Shown: positions 54,273 to 63,171, counted from the stretch's first letter. The stretch: 64,000 bases of DNA from an uncultured bacterium (GCA_963977675.1 CAXBPY010000006.1:3714-67713), one strand, 5' to 3'. Notes: generated by a model not told the origin, from the letters alone. Translations and numbers: made by a program.

Positions 54273-55556
54273 ATGAATTTCGAAAACAGTTTATCATACG
54301 CGCAGGAGCAGGATGAAAAAGATGCGCTGAGAAAATTTCGTGAACGCTTTCACATTCCACAACACAATGGAAAAGATGCAATTTATCTCTGCGGAAATTC
54401 TCTTGGGTTACTGCCGAAAAGTGCACGCAGTTTTGTAGAACAGGAATTTTTGGATTGGGAAAAGTTAGGTGTTGAAGGACACTTCGATGCGAAGAACCCG
54501 TGGTTTCCGTATCATCATTTCGGTAGAAAACAATTGGCGGAAATTGTTGGTGCAAAGGAAGAAGAGGTGGTGGCGATGAATTCACTCACTGCTAATCTTC
54601 ACCTGCTGATGGTTTCTTTCTATCAACCGAAAGGAGCAAGAAAAAAAATTATGATGGAGGCAAATGCTTTTCCATCCGACCAATATGCGATTGAAACACA
54701 AGTAAAATTTCATAGTGGAAATCCTGAAACTGATATCATTGAAATTTCTCCGAGAGAAAATGAATTCACGCTTCGCACCGAAGACATTCTCGAACAGATT
54801 GAAAAAAATAAAAATGAACTCGCACTTATACTTTTCGGTGGAGTAAATTATTTGAGCGGACAGTATTTTGATTTGAAAAAAATTACTGACGCAGGTCATG
54901 CTGCAGGTGTAACAGTTGGTTTTGATTTAGCGCACGCTGCTGGAAACATTGCGCTGCAACTCCACGACTGGAATATTGATTTTGCTTGCTGGTGTTCCTA
55001 CAAATATCTCAACAGCGGCGCAGGGGGTGTGGGTGGAATTTTTATTCACGAAAAACACAGTGGCAAAAATGATTTACCTCGCTTCGCCGGTTGGTGGGGA
55101 AATGATGAAGCAACAAGGTTCCAAATGAAGAAAGGATTTTTTCCGCAGGCAGGAGCTGGTGCGTGGCAGGTGAGTAATGCGCCGGTGTTTGCAATGGCAA
55201 TTCATCGTGCGTCGTTGGAAATTTTTTCAGAAGCAGGAATCAAAAACCTGAGAGCGAAGAGCGAACAACTCACTTCTTACTTAGAATTCATCATCAAAGA
55301 TTTCAATCAGAAAAATCCGGAGTACGAATTGAAAATCATCACACCAAAAAATATTTCTGAGCGCGGGTGCCAACTTTCACTCATCGCAAAAAAAGACGGA
55401 AAGAAAATTTTCGAGCAACTCACTTCGCACGGAGTAATTGCCGACTGGCGCGAACCAAATGTCATTCGCATGTCGCCTGTGCCGCTTTATAATTCTTTTA
55501 CTGATGTGTTTAGAGTTGGAGAAGTATTGAGTAAGATTTTTGAAAAGGTTAAATAG
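54273..55556 (+). CDS. kynU: kynureninase
   Basis: About 427 aa. DALRKFRERFHIP..IYLCGNSLG and CWCSYKYLNSGAGG (PLP-Lys context) are typical of kynureninase. Confidence 0.92.
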   Translation: MNFENSLSYAQEQDEKDALRKFRERFHIPQHNGKDAIYLCGNSLGLLPKSARSFVEQEFLDWEKLGVEGHFDAKNPWFPYHHFGRKQLAEIVGAKEEEVVAMNSLTANLHLLMVSFYQPKGARKKIMMEANAFPSDQYAIETQVKFHSGNPETDIIEISPRENEFTLRTEDILEQIEKNKNELALILFGGVNYLSGQYFDLKKITDAGHAAGVTVGFDLAHAAGNIALQLHDWNIDFACWCSYKYLNSGAGGVGGIFIHEKHSGKNDLPRFAGWWGNDEATRFQMKKGFFPQAGAGAWQVSNAPVFAMAIHRASLEIFSEAGIKNLRAKSEQLTSYLEFIIKDFNQKNPEYELKIITPKNISERGCQLSLIAKKDGKKIFEQLTSHGVIADWREPNVIRMSPVPLYNSFTDVFRVGEVLSKIFEKVK

Positions 55557-55610
55557 CCACAAAGGCACTATGTCACAAAGAAGTTAATGGTGACTTTGTG
55601 TCTTCGTGGC
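55556..55610. repeat. word-repeat hairpin element (CACAAAG / CACGAAG words) in the kynU-kmo spacer
   Basis: gccacaaaggcac (55556-55568) pairs with gtgtcttcgtggc (55598-55610), with 1 mismatch and 1 GU. An inner stem pairs gtcac with gtgac. An A9 run follows. Confidence 0.6.
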
Positions 55611-55625
55611 AAAAAAAAATTTTGA

Positions 55626-56960
55626 ATGGAAAAACAAGCAACAATTCTCGGTGCCGGATTAGTAGGTTCTCTACTCTCTGTATATCTCGCCAAGCGCGGA
55701 TACAAGGTTGACATTTACGAGCGCCGCCCCGATATGCGCAAAGAAAAAATCGCAGCAGGTCGCAGCATCAATCTCGCGCTGAGCGACAGAGGTTGGCGCG
55801 GACTCGCAGGCGCCGGACTCGAAGAAGAAATTCGCAAAGTCGCAATACCCATGTATGCGCGCATGGTTCATAACACAGATGGAAGTTTGTCGTCGCAACC
55901 TTATGGTCTAAAAGGCGAAGCCATTTATTCTGTGTCGCGCGGCGGACTCAACATGGCGATGATGGATTTGGCGGAGAAGCAACCGGGCGTGAAAATTTAT
56001 TTCAATCAGCGCTGCGACGAAGTGAACCTCGAAAAAGGAGAAATGATTTTTGAAGACAACAATCACACGCGCATCACCAAAAATTCAGAACTCATTTTTG
56101 GAGCCGACGGCGCTTTCTCTGCGCTGCGTGGCGCTATGCTCAAAACCGACCGATTCAATTATGCGCAGACTTACATCGAGCACAGTTACAAGGAACTTCA
56201 TATTCCTGCAGGCGAAGGAGGAAAATTTCTCATGGAAAAAAATGCGCTTCACATCTGGCCCCGGAAAAATTTCATGCTAATTGCGCTGCCGAATATGGAT
56301 GGAAGTTTTACCTGCACTTTGTTTTTTCAAACAGAGGGCGAAGAATCTTTTGCCGCATTGAAAACTGAAAATGATGTCGAACAGTTTTTCAAAAAATATT
56401 TTGCTGATGCCATTGCGCTGATGCCGGATTACAAAAAAGTTTTTTTCGCAAACCCCACTTCGTCCCTGCCTTACATCAAGTGTTATCCGTGGACTTATAA
56501 AAATAAAGTTGCGCTCATTGGCGATGCGGCGCACGCTGTGGTTCCGTTTTTCGGGCAGGGAATGAATTGCGGTTTTGAAGATTGCCGAATACTTGGTGAG
56601 TTGATGGATGAACACGGCGATGACTGGAAAACAATTTTCCCGTTGTATCAGCAATCGCGCAAACCGAATGCCGATGCCATTCTCGAGCTCGCGTTGAATA
56701 ATTTTATAGAGATGCGCGACCTTGTTGCCGACAAAAAATTCCTGCGCAAAAAACAAATCGAGAAAATGGTGGCGAATGCTTTTCCCGAAAAGTTTATTCC
56801 TGCTTACAGCATGGTTTCATTCACGCACATTCCATACGCCGAGGCGCAGCGAATTGGCAAGCACCACAATGAATTATTGGAGAAATTATTTCTGGTAGAA
56901 AATCTTGAAGAGAAATTTTCTTCGGATGAAATACAGGAGATGATAAAAGAATATTTATGA
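55626..56960 (+). CDS. kmo: kynurenine 3-monooxygenase (FAD-dependent)
   Basis: ILGAGLVGSLLSVYLAKRGYKVDIYERRPD (FAD GxGxxG plus the typical KMO N-terminus), ALIGDAAHAVVPFFGQGMNCGFED. Confidence 0.9.
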   Translation: MEKQATILGAGLVGSLLSVYLAKRGYKVDIYERRPDMRKEKIAAGRSINLALSDRGWRGLAGAGLEEEIRKVAIPMYARMVHNTDGSLSSQPYGLKGEAIYSVSRGGLNMAMMDLAEKQPGVKIYFNQRCDEVNLEKGEMIFEDNNHTRITKNSELIFGADGAFSALRGAMLKTDRFNYAQTYIEHSYKELHIPAGEGGKFLMEKNALHIWPRKNFMLIALPNMDGSFTCTLFFQTEGEESFAALKTENDVEQFFKKYFADAIALMPDYKKVFFANPTSSLPYIKCYPWTYKNKVALIGDAAHAVVPFFGQGMNCGFEDCRILGELMDEHGDDWKTIFPLYQQSRKPNADAILELALNNFIEMRDLVADKKFLRKKQIEKMVANAFPEKFIPAYSMVSFTHIPYAEAQRIGKHHNELLEKLFLVENLEEKFSSDEIQEMIKEYL

Positions 56961-56969
56961 GTGAATTGG

Positions 56970-57049
56970 ACACGGAAAAACACGGATGCTGCGGATAAGA
57001 ACAGATAAATAAAATCCGTGTTCATCCGTTTCATCCGTTAAAATCAGTG
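56970..57049. repeat. word-repeat inverted element (CACGGAT / ACAGAT words)
   Basis: acacggaaaaacacggatgctgcggataagaacagataaataaa is followed by the inverted words atccgtgttcatccgtttcatccgttaaaatcagtg. Sits between convergent kmo and the iscA-like gene. Confidence 0.6.
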
Positions 57050-57067
57050 CCCCATTGTATTTGGTAT

Positions 57068-57397
57068 TTAAACAGCAAAACTCTCCCCGCAAGCACAGGT
57101 GCGGGTAGCATTCGGGTTCACAAAGTGAAATCCCTTTCCGTTCAGCCCGTCGCTATGGTCGAGGGTGGTTCCGCACAGATATAAAAAACTGCGGAGGTCG
57201 GTAACGAGTTTCATTCCTTTATCTTCAAAAACCTGGTCGTCTTTTTTCAGGTCGTGGTCAAACTCCATCTTGTAGCTCAAGCCGCTGCAACCGCCGCCCA
57301 CAACAGACACGCGCACAAAATTTTCATTTACACTTTTGTTTTCGCTCTTCAGAATTTCCAGCACTTTATTTTTTGCGTTCTCGCTAATGAGTATCAT
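57068..57397 (-). CDS. iron-sulfur cluster insertion/assembly protein (HesB/IscA/ErpA family)
   Basis: 109 aa with GGGCSGLSY and C-terminal CACGESFAV. Confidence 0.9.
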   Translation of the reverse strand: MILISENAKNKVLEILKSENKSVNENFVRVSVVGGGCSGLSYKMEFDHDLKKDDQVFEDKGMKLVTDLRSFLYLCGTTLDHSDGLNGKGFHFVNPNATRTCACGESFAV

Positions 57398-57417
57398 GAC
57401 TAATTGGTTTTCTCCTG

Positions 57418-57425
57418 CAAATTTA
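57418..57425 (-). promoter_or_regulatory. -7 promoter box TAAATTTG for the IscA-family gene
   Basis: Plus-strand caaattta is an exact TAnnTTTG on the minus strand, 20 nt upstream of ATG 57397. Confidence 0.4.
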
Positions 57426-57431
57426 GGTCTT

Positions 57432-57525
57432 CACCACCGAGTAACACAGAGTTATTTCACAGAGTTCCTCGGAGTTCAAAAACGCTGTACTACTCCTGGC
57501 TTAAACTCAGAGAAACTCTTTGGTA
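57432..57525. repeat. word-repeat element (CACCGAGT / CACAGAGTT x2 / CTCGGAGTT, then CTCAGAGAAACTCT)
   Basis: Direct 9-mers at 57436, 57445, 57458 and 57468, plus a short inverted pair cagag..ctctt at 57508-57520. Lies in the divergent spacer between the iscA-like gene and mce. Confidence 0.55.
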
Positions 57526-57559
57526 AAAACTTTATTTTCATCTTTGTAAAAAAGAATTC

Positions 57560-57967
57560 ATGCAGAAAGTCGAACACATTGGTATAGCAGTAAAGAATCT
57601 GGAAGCAAGTAAAAAATTATTTGAATCACTACTCAATACTTTTTGCTATAAAGTAGAAAGCGTGGAATCAGAAATGGTGAGCACCGCTTTCTTCAAAGTC
57701 GGCGACACAAAAATTGAACTGCTCGAAACCACTAATCCCGAAGGAGCAGTTGGAAAATTTATAGAGAAGCGTGGCGAAGGATTGCATCACATTGCCTACG
57801 AGGTTGCCGACATTCACGCTGAAATAAAAAGATTGAAAGCGGCAGGATTTGTTTTCACCCGCCAAGAACCTTTCCGCGGCGCAGATAACAAGATGGTCAT
57901 CTTCCTTCACCCCAAAAGCACGAATGGAGTGCTGATTGAATTGTGTCAGGAGATAGTTGGTGGGTAG
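57560..57967 (+). CDS. mce: methylmalonyl-CoA epimerase (VOC/glyoxalase fold)
   Basis: VEHIGIAVKNLEASKKLF...GEGLHHIAYEV...NGVLIELCQ, 135 aa. Confidence 0.85.
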   Translation: MQKVEHIGIAVKNLEASKKLFESLLNTFCYKVESVESEMVSTAFFKVGDTKIELLETTNPEGAVGKFIEKRGEGLHHIAYEVADIHAEIKRLKAAGFVFTRQEPFRGADNKMVIFLHPKSTNGVLIELCQEIVGG

Positions 57968-58014
57968 TGGATCGTAGTTCGTAGCAAACACCACCAACCA
58001 TGAGCTCCGAACTA
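57963..58014. repeat. word-repeat imperfect hairpin between convergent mce and trmB
   Basis: ggtagtggatcgtagttcgtagc ... accaccaaccatgagctccgaacta. tagttcg (57975-57981) pairs with cgaacta (58008-58014). The GGTTGGTGG/ACCACC words resemble those at 3150-3180. Confidence 0.4.
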
Positions 58015-58653
58015 TAAACCGAACTTCACATACTTAATTGTCTTACCTTTTTTCAGATTCATTTCTTCGTAATAAGTTTTCACATCCAGAATTTTATCGG
58101 GCAACCCATTTGCATAAATATCATTCGAGTGCCAGAGCATTTTCAATTTCAGTTCTGCAATTATTTCCAAAGTGAATTCATACAATTCAGTTGAATCAGT
58201 TTTCAGATGAATGATTCCGTTCGGCTTTAACACTTCGCGATAGATGGAAATAAATTTAGGTGAAGTCAATCGCCGCTTTGCTTCACTCTTTGGTAAATGA
58301 GGATCAGAAAAGGTGAGCCAGATTTCGTCAATAGAATTCTTCTCAAAATATTCGGACAAATGATCAACCTGCGCTCGCAGAAAGCAGACATTTTTTATCT
58401 GCTCTTCTGTTGCAGTTTTAGCTCCGCGCCAAATTCGTGCGCCTTTAATATCAATGCCAATAAAATTTCTTTCAGGGAATAATCTTGCAAGTGCCAATGA
58501 ATATTCGCCCTTACCGCAGCCAAGTTCAAGTGTGATGGAATTTTTATTCTGAAAAAATTTTTCATTCCACAACCCTTTCATCGCAGTTGCTTTCTGAAAA
58601 ACATTGGTGAATGTTTCCATCTCGGCAAAATGTTTCAACTTGTTCTTTCCCAT
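58012..58653 (-). CDS. trmB: tRNA (guanine46-N7)-methyltransferase
   Basis: LELGCGKGEYSLALA (SAM motif I), FSDPHLPK, IHLKTD. Confidence 0.92.
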   Translation of the reverse strand: MGKNKLKHFAEMETFTNVFQKATAMKGLWNEKFFQNKNSITLELGCGKGEYSLALARLFPERNFIGIDIKGARIWRGAKTATEEQIKNVCFLRAQVDHLSEYFEKNSIDEIWLTFSDPHLPKSEAKRRLTSPKFISIYREVLKPNGIIHLKTDSTELYEFTLEIIAELKLKMLWHSNDIYANGLPDKILDVKTYYEEMNLKKGKTIKYVKFGL

Positions 58654-58707
58654 AGCGCCGCGAAAGAAAATAATCGAACGCTCATGAAAAAATCGGTTCA
58701 GCTGTTT

Positions 58708-58834
58708 TTACAGATCATTATGGTTAACACAGATAAATAATTTACAGATTGCTTTTATTTCGGCAATATGGTTTCATTAGTTTCGACCGCTGAATTTCAT
58801 TTTCAAATTTTCCAATTTCCAAATCTTCAAATTG
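58708..58834. repeat. two word-repeat clusters (YYACAGAT x3; TTCMAAT x4) in the trmB / enoyl-CoA hydratase divergent spacer
   Basis: ttacagat at 58708, acacagat at 58727, ttacagat at 58742. acagataaataa at 58729-58740 is identical to 57001-57012. ttcaaattttccaatttccaaatcttcaaatt spans 58802-58833. Confidence 0.55.
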
Positions 58835-58838
58835 TATC

Positions 58839-59621
58839 ATGTCATTCAACAATCTTCTTCTTGAAACAAACAACGGAGTTGCAACCATCACGCTGAATCG
58901 CCCTGATGTTTACAACGCATTTAATGATGAACTCACATTCGAATTGCAGGATGCACTGAAAGAATGTGAGAAGAATAAAGATGTGCGTGTGGTGGTGCTC
59001 ACTGGTGCGGGCAAAGCATTTTGCAGCGGTCAGGATTTGAAAGCCGCAGCCGCAGCGGGTATCCGCAGTTTCAAAGATTCATTAGAGAAAAGATATAATC
59101 CGATTATTCGCGCGATGCGCAACATGGCGAAACCAATAGTGTGTCGCCTCAATGGTGTTGCAGCTGGAGCGGGGTGTTCAGTTGCACTTGCGTGCGATGT
59201 GATAGTTGCAGGAGAAGGCGCATACTTCAGCGAGGCGTTCATCAATATTGCGTTGGTGCCTGATAGTGGCTCTACTTATTTTCTTCCGAGAACAGTTGGC
59301 GGTGTTCGCGCTTTTGAATATTGCACTATGGCTACAAAAGTTTCTGCCACTGAAGCACAGCAAATGGGAATGATAAATCGTGTAGTGAAACCTGAAGAGC
59401 TGGATGCAGAAGTAAAAAAATTTACTGACTATTATGCTGCTGCTCCAACAAAAGCAATCGGCATGATTAAAAAAATGCTGAACAAATCTTTTCACTCTGA
59501 TTTAGAAGCAATGCTTGAATATGAAAGCTACTGCCAGGAAATTGCAGGTAGCAGCAAGGACAACAAGGAAGGCGTGACTGCATTTATAGAAAAACGCAAG
59601 CCGGTGTTCAAAGGCGAATGA
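58839..59621 (+). CDS. enoyl-CoA hydratase/isomerase family protein (PaaG-like)
   Basis: VATITLNRPDVYNAF, VLTGAGKAFCSGQDL, NGVAAGAGCSVALACD. Confidence 0.88.
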   Translation: MSFNNLLLETNNGVATITLNRPDVYNAFNDELTFELQDALKECEKNKDVRVVVLTGAGKAFCSGQDLKAAAAAGIRSFKDSLEKRYNPIIRAMRNMAKPIVCRLNGVAAGAGCSVALACDVIVAGEGAYFSEAFINIALVPDSGSTYFLPRTVGGVRAFEYCTMATKVSATEAQQMGMINRVVKPEELDAEVKKFTDYYAAAPTKAIGMIKKMLNKSFHSDLEAMLEYESYCQEIAGSSKDNKEGVTAFIEKRKPVFKGE

Positions 59622-59648
59622 TTTTTCTTTTGTTACTCCGATCAGAGA

Positions 59649-59672
59649 TTCAGAGAATTTTTTTTCTCTGAA
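59649..59672 (+). terminator. perfect 9-bp hairpin after the enoyl-CoA hydratase gene (weak terminator candidate, CAGAGA word type)
   Basis: ttcagagaa (59649-59657) pairs with ttctctgaa (59664-59672) around a T6 loop. It is preceded by a direct copy of tcagaga and has no strong downstream U-tract. Confidence 0.35.
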
Positions 59673-59715
59673 CTTATATTTAACTAATCTGTTCATTCAA
59701 TAGAAAAATTTTTTT

Positions 59716-60432
59716 ATGAAAACTATCCTATACAAAGCTGAAGAGCGCGGACACGCGAATCATGGTTGGCTGGATGCACATCACACTTTTAGTTTTGCAA
59801 ATTATTATGATCAAGAAAAGGTGCACTTCGGTGTTCTGCGGGTGCTGAATGATGACTCAATTGAAGGCGGAATGGGGTTTGGAATGCATCCGCATGACAA
59901 TATGGAAATCATAACGATCATGCTTGAAGGCTCACTCGAACATAAAGACAGCATGGGAAATCATGGAGTGATTGGACCAGGCGAGATTCAGGTAATGAGC
60001 GCCGGCACCGGAATTTATCACAGCGAATTCAATCATAACAAAGACAAGAAGGCAAAACTTTTTCAAATCTGGATGTTCCCAAAAATGCAGAATGTGACTC
60101 CGCGATATGATCAGATGAAACTGGAAGTAAGTGAGAGAAAAAATATATGGCAACAAATTGTTCAACCGGGCCCCGCAGAAAAAGGATTGTGGATTCATCA
60201 GAATGCCTGGCTTAGCATTGGGCAATTTGATTCAGGAACAGAAACTGAATATAAAATAAAGCGCGAACGCAATGGCGCCTATATCATGGTGATAGATGGA
60301 AGCATAGAAGTGAACCAACAAACACTAAACCGCCGGGATGGAATCGGGATTTCGAATATTGAGTCTGTCAAAATAAAAGTGAATGCAGATTCTGAAATTC
60401 TGTTGATGGATGTGCCAATGACAGTGAATTAA
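59716..60432 (+). CDS. pirin family protein
   Basis: RGHANHGWLDAHHTFSFANYY, GFGMHPHDNMEIIT, GIYHSEFN cupin motifs. Confidence 0.9.
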   Translation: MKTILYKAEERGHANHGWLDAHHTFSFANYYDQEKVHFGVLRVLNDDSIEGGMGFGMHPHDNMEIITIMLEGSLEHKDSMGNHGVIGPGEIQVMSAGTGIYHSEFNHNKDKKAKLFQIWMFPKMQNVTPRYDQMKLEVSERKNIWQQIVQPGPAEKGLWIHQNAWLSIGQFDSGTETEYKIKRERNGAYIMVIDGSIEVNQQTLNRRDGIGISNIESVKIKVNADSEILLMDVPMTVN

Positions 60433-60440
60433 ATCTGCAA

Positions 60441-62315
60441 TCAACCATTCTTCGGATTCCAGTCAATGAACACGCCATGAAGCAGTCGAACCGATTGGAT
60501 TTTTGATTTCGTTTTAACCTGAACTGTTATTTCCTTTTTCGATTCCCACTCATTGGCTGAGAAATAAAAAGTTTCTATTCCGCTTTCTACCAATACCTGA
60601 ATTTTAAAAGGAACCGGCAATCCTCCGGTGTTTGAAATCGTAATGCTGGCTGAATTTCCGTTTACTGAAATATTTTTCACTTCGAGATCAAAATAGTTTG
60701 GTTCAAAAAACCACGCACGCCAAAACCAATTTAAATTTTTTCCGCTCACATCATTGAAAGTGTTAAAGAAGTCATAAGGAACAGGATGCTTGCCATTCCA
60801 TCGGAGCATGTATTGGTTCAAACATTTTTTGAAGAGTGTATCACCTAGCAAACTTCGAAGCGCCTCATATGCAAGCGCAGGTTTTCCATATGAATTAAAT
60901 TCATAAGGCAAGCCTTTCAATTGTGTTGATTCAGTCATGAGTGGTGAAGTAAGTTTTTTTCTTGCCTTCTTTAAATTATGCGGAACATAAAAATTAGTGA
61001 AGACCCAGTCGGCAATGCTGTCGAGTTCGTAACGAGAATAGTTCAGTTCATTGAATGCAGCCCAACCCTCGTCCATCCAGCCATAGCGCGATTCATTAAT
61101 CCCCATGAAAAAAGGAAAGTAAGTATGAGCAATTTCATGCGCAGTGGTGGCAACCCAATCATCATAATCAGGATCGCTCATATCATTTACCATCATAGGA
61201 TATTCCATGAAACTGTTCCCGTTAAACAAAATCATTTTCGAATAAGGATAGATTACACCGGGCAATGAATCTGAAAAAAAGCGCAAACACTTTTTTCCCA
61301 AATCAACTTCTTTCTGAAAATCTTTTGAGTCGACAGCATATGCAGACTGTACACTTACTCTTCCCCAACGGCTACCTGGAATATTTACTCCGCCTGCATC
61401 CCAGAGAAAGTGATTACTGATTCCGAAGGCTACATCTGTTACATTCTTAGCAGAATATTTCCATGCACCAGATGGCACAAGCTGCTTCATACTTGCGAAA
61501 TCTTTCTCTGTTATCAGGTGAATTGTAGAGTCGAAGCGCTGTGCAGTATTGAGTTTGCCCGAAAGCATTCCGGATAAAACTTCATTCTCATTTTTTAATT
61601 CACCGGTTGACCAAACCACGAATCCGGCCGGAGCATGTATAGTAAAATCATAGTCATTAAAATCATTATAAAATTCCTGCAGTTCCGTAAAGTCAGTTTG
61701 GTCCCAATGATTTACATCGTCATAGACATCTACGCGCGGATACCAGTATGCAAGAAAAAAAGTTGTACTGTCAATCACGCCATCGCGTGGTTGATCACTC
61801 CGGCTATCTTCAGACAATTCATAATTCCATTTTACAGAAATCTCAACTGAAGTTTTTGGCGGAAGTGGTTTATCCAGATGAATAAACTCACGCGTACCAT
61901 TGCTTCCCGGGGCAATTTTCAAAGCAGAAGTTTTTTCTTTTTTGTCAACCATGAGCGAAATAATATTCATACCATCTGTAAAATATCCGCTGGTGACTTT
62001 TGAATCGCGATGTGCATTTTTCCTATGCGCATTCTGAACTAGCCTGAAATAAATTTCATGCAATGTGTCGGGGCTTCCGTTGTAGTAATAAATAGTTTCG
62101 CTGCCACTGATGATTCTTGACGGAGGAGCAACTGTAACATCCATCACATATTTCCCAAAGTTTTGCCAATAATCAGCGCCGGGTTTTCCATCTGCACTCC
62201 GGGTTTTATTTTGAAATGCTTGCTGAAAATTCTTATTCATGGGCAGATCTTGCTGTGCAAAAATTTTGGATGAGAAAAAAAACAGAAGAGAAATGGAAAG
62301 AAAAACTTTTATCAT
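60441..62315 (-). CDS. secreted M1 family (gluzincin) metallopeptidase
   Basis: Signal peptide MIKVFLSISLLFFFSSKIFAQ. HEIAHTYF (HExxH) is followed 18 residues later by WMDEGWAAF. Confidence 0.85.
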   Translation of the reverse strand: MIKVFLSISLLFFFSSKIFAQQDLPMNKNFQQAFQNKTRSADGKPGADYWQNFGKYVMDVTVAPPSRIISGSETIYYYNGSPDTLHEIYFRLVQNAHRKNAHRDSKVTSGYFTDGMNIISLMVDKKEKTSALKIAPGSNGTREFIHLDKPLPPKTSVEISVKWNYELSEDSRSDQPRDGVIDSTTFFLAYWYPRVDVYDDVNHWDQTDFTELQEFYNDFNDYDFTIHAPAGFVVWSTGELKNENEVLSGMLSGKLNTAQRFDSTIHLITEKDFASMKQLVPSGAWKYSAKNVTDVAFGISNHFLWDAGGVNIPGSRWGRVSVQSAYAVDSKDFQKEVDLGKKCLRFFSDSLPGVIYPYSKMILFNGNSFMEYPMMVNDMSDPDYDDWVATTAHEIAHTYFPFFMGINESRYGWMDEGWAAFNELNYSRYELDSIADWVFTNFYVPHNLKKARKKLTSPLMTESTQLKGLPYEFNSYGKPALAYEALRSLLGDTLFKKCLNQYMLRWNGKHPVPYDFFNTFNDVSGKNLNWFWRAWFFEPNYFDLEVKNISVNGNSASITISNTGGLPVPFKIQVLVESGIETFYFSANEWESKKEITVQVKTKSKIQSVRLLHGVFIDWNPKNG

Positions 62316-62349
62316 GTGTGATGGAAAAAAAATTCCTGCGAAACTTAAG

Positions 62350-62376
62350 CCACGATCACGAACCGCAAACGAAAAA
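62350..62376. repeat. intergenic CACGA-type word repeat
   Basis: ccacgatcacgaaccgcaaacgaaaaa in the divergent spacer. Confidence 0.4.
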
Positions 62377-62451
62377 TATTTTTATTCTTAATTATTCAAC
62401 AACAAATCCAACAATAATCTCATTGCTTACAAGAAGTATTTTCGTCGCGTC

Positions 62452-63132
62452 ATGAAAAAAATAATTAACAAGCATCCGCTCGTTATCCGATGGACTCACT
62501 GGTTCAATTTTCCTGTTCTCGGTGTTATGATCTGGAGCGGCTTGCTCATTTATTGGGCAAATGATATTTATAAAATTCAAATTGGCGAATGGCTGGTGTT
62601 TCATTTTTTTCCTGACTCAGTTTACCATGCGCTTGGATTGAATCAGCATCTCTCAGAAGGCATGGCGTATCATTTTACATTTATGTGGATCTTTATGTTG
62701 AACGGCCTGCTCTACATTATTTATACAATTTTCTCAGGTGAGTGGCGATACCTTCTTCCTTCGAAAAATTCTTTCTCAGAAGCATGGTCTGTTTTGCTTC
62801 ATGATTTGTATCTGTCACGAAAACCATTACCTGAAAAAAAATTTAATGGAGCCCAACAAATTGCCTACACAGCAATAATTGTGATGGGAATTTTTTCAGT
62901 TCTCAGTGGAATAGCAATATACAAACCCGTTCAGTGGGGCACGGTAACCGCAATACTTGGTGGCTACGAGAGCGCACGGATGATTCATTTCATACTTACA
63001 GCCGGATATGTTTTGTTTTTCCTTGTTCATATTATGCAGGTGATTCGTGCCGGCTGGAATAATTTCAGAGCCATGATTACAGGATGGGAGGTAAGGAAAT
63101 ACAAACCTGAAGACAGTAGCCGGAAGAATTGA
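62452..63132 (+). CDS. cytochrome b (Ni/Fe-hydrogenase b-type cytochrome subunit-like, PF01292-type) membrane protein
   Basis: HPLVIRWTHWFNFPVLGVMIWSG, 4 TM helices with conserved His residues (RWTHW, MIHFILTAGYVLFFLVH). Confidence 0.7.
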   Translation: MKKIINKHPLVIRWTHWFNFPVLGVMIWSGLLIYWANDIYKIQIGEWLVFHFFPDSVYHALGLNQHLSEGMAYHFTFMWIFMLNGLLYIIYTIFSGEWRYLLPSKNSFSEAWSVLLHDLYLSRKPLPEKKFNGAQQIAYTAIIVMGIFSVLSGIAIYKPVQWGTVTAILGGYESARMIHFILTAGYVLFFLVHIMQVIRAGWNNFRAMITGWEVRKYKPEDSSRKN

Positions 63133-63171
63133 GAAATTTCAAATTCATAATTTGCACTTCGAAAAATTTTT

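Noticed and set aside
56991-57000. DnaA-box-like 9-mer TGCGGATAA near the rpmH-type context, considered as a possible oriC signature
   Set aside because: It is a single one-mismatch match embedded in the CACGGAT word repeat, 50 kb from rpmH. There is no dnaA gene, no cluster of TTATCCACA boxes and no AT-rich unwinding element.
55556-58834. Possibility that the short direct repeats are a degenerate CRISPR array or MITEs
   Set aside because: The units are only 7-9 nt, have no unique spacers of regular length, and no cas genes are present. There are no terminal inverted repeats with target-site duplications and no shared consensus between loci, so neither a CRISPR nor a classic MITE call is supportable.
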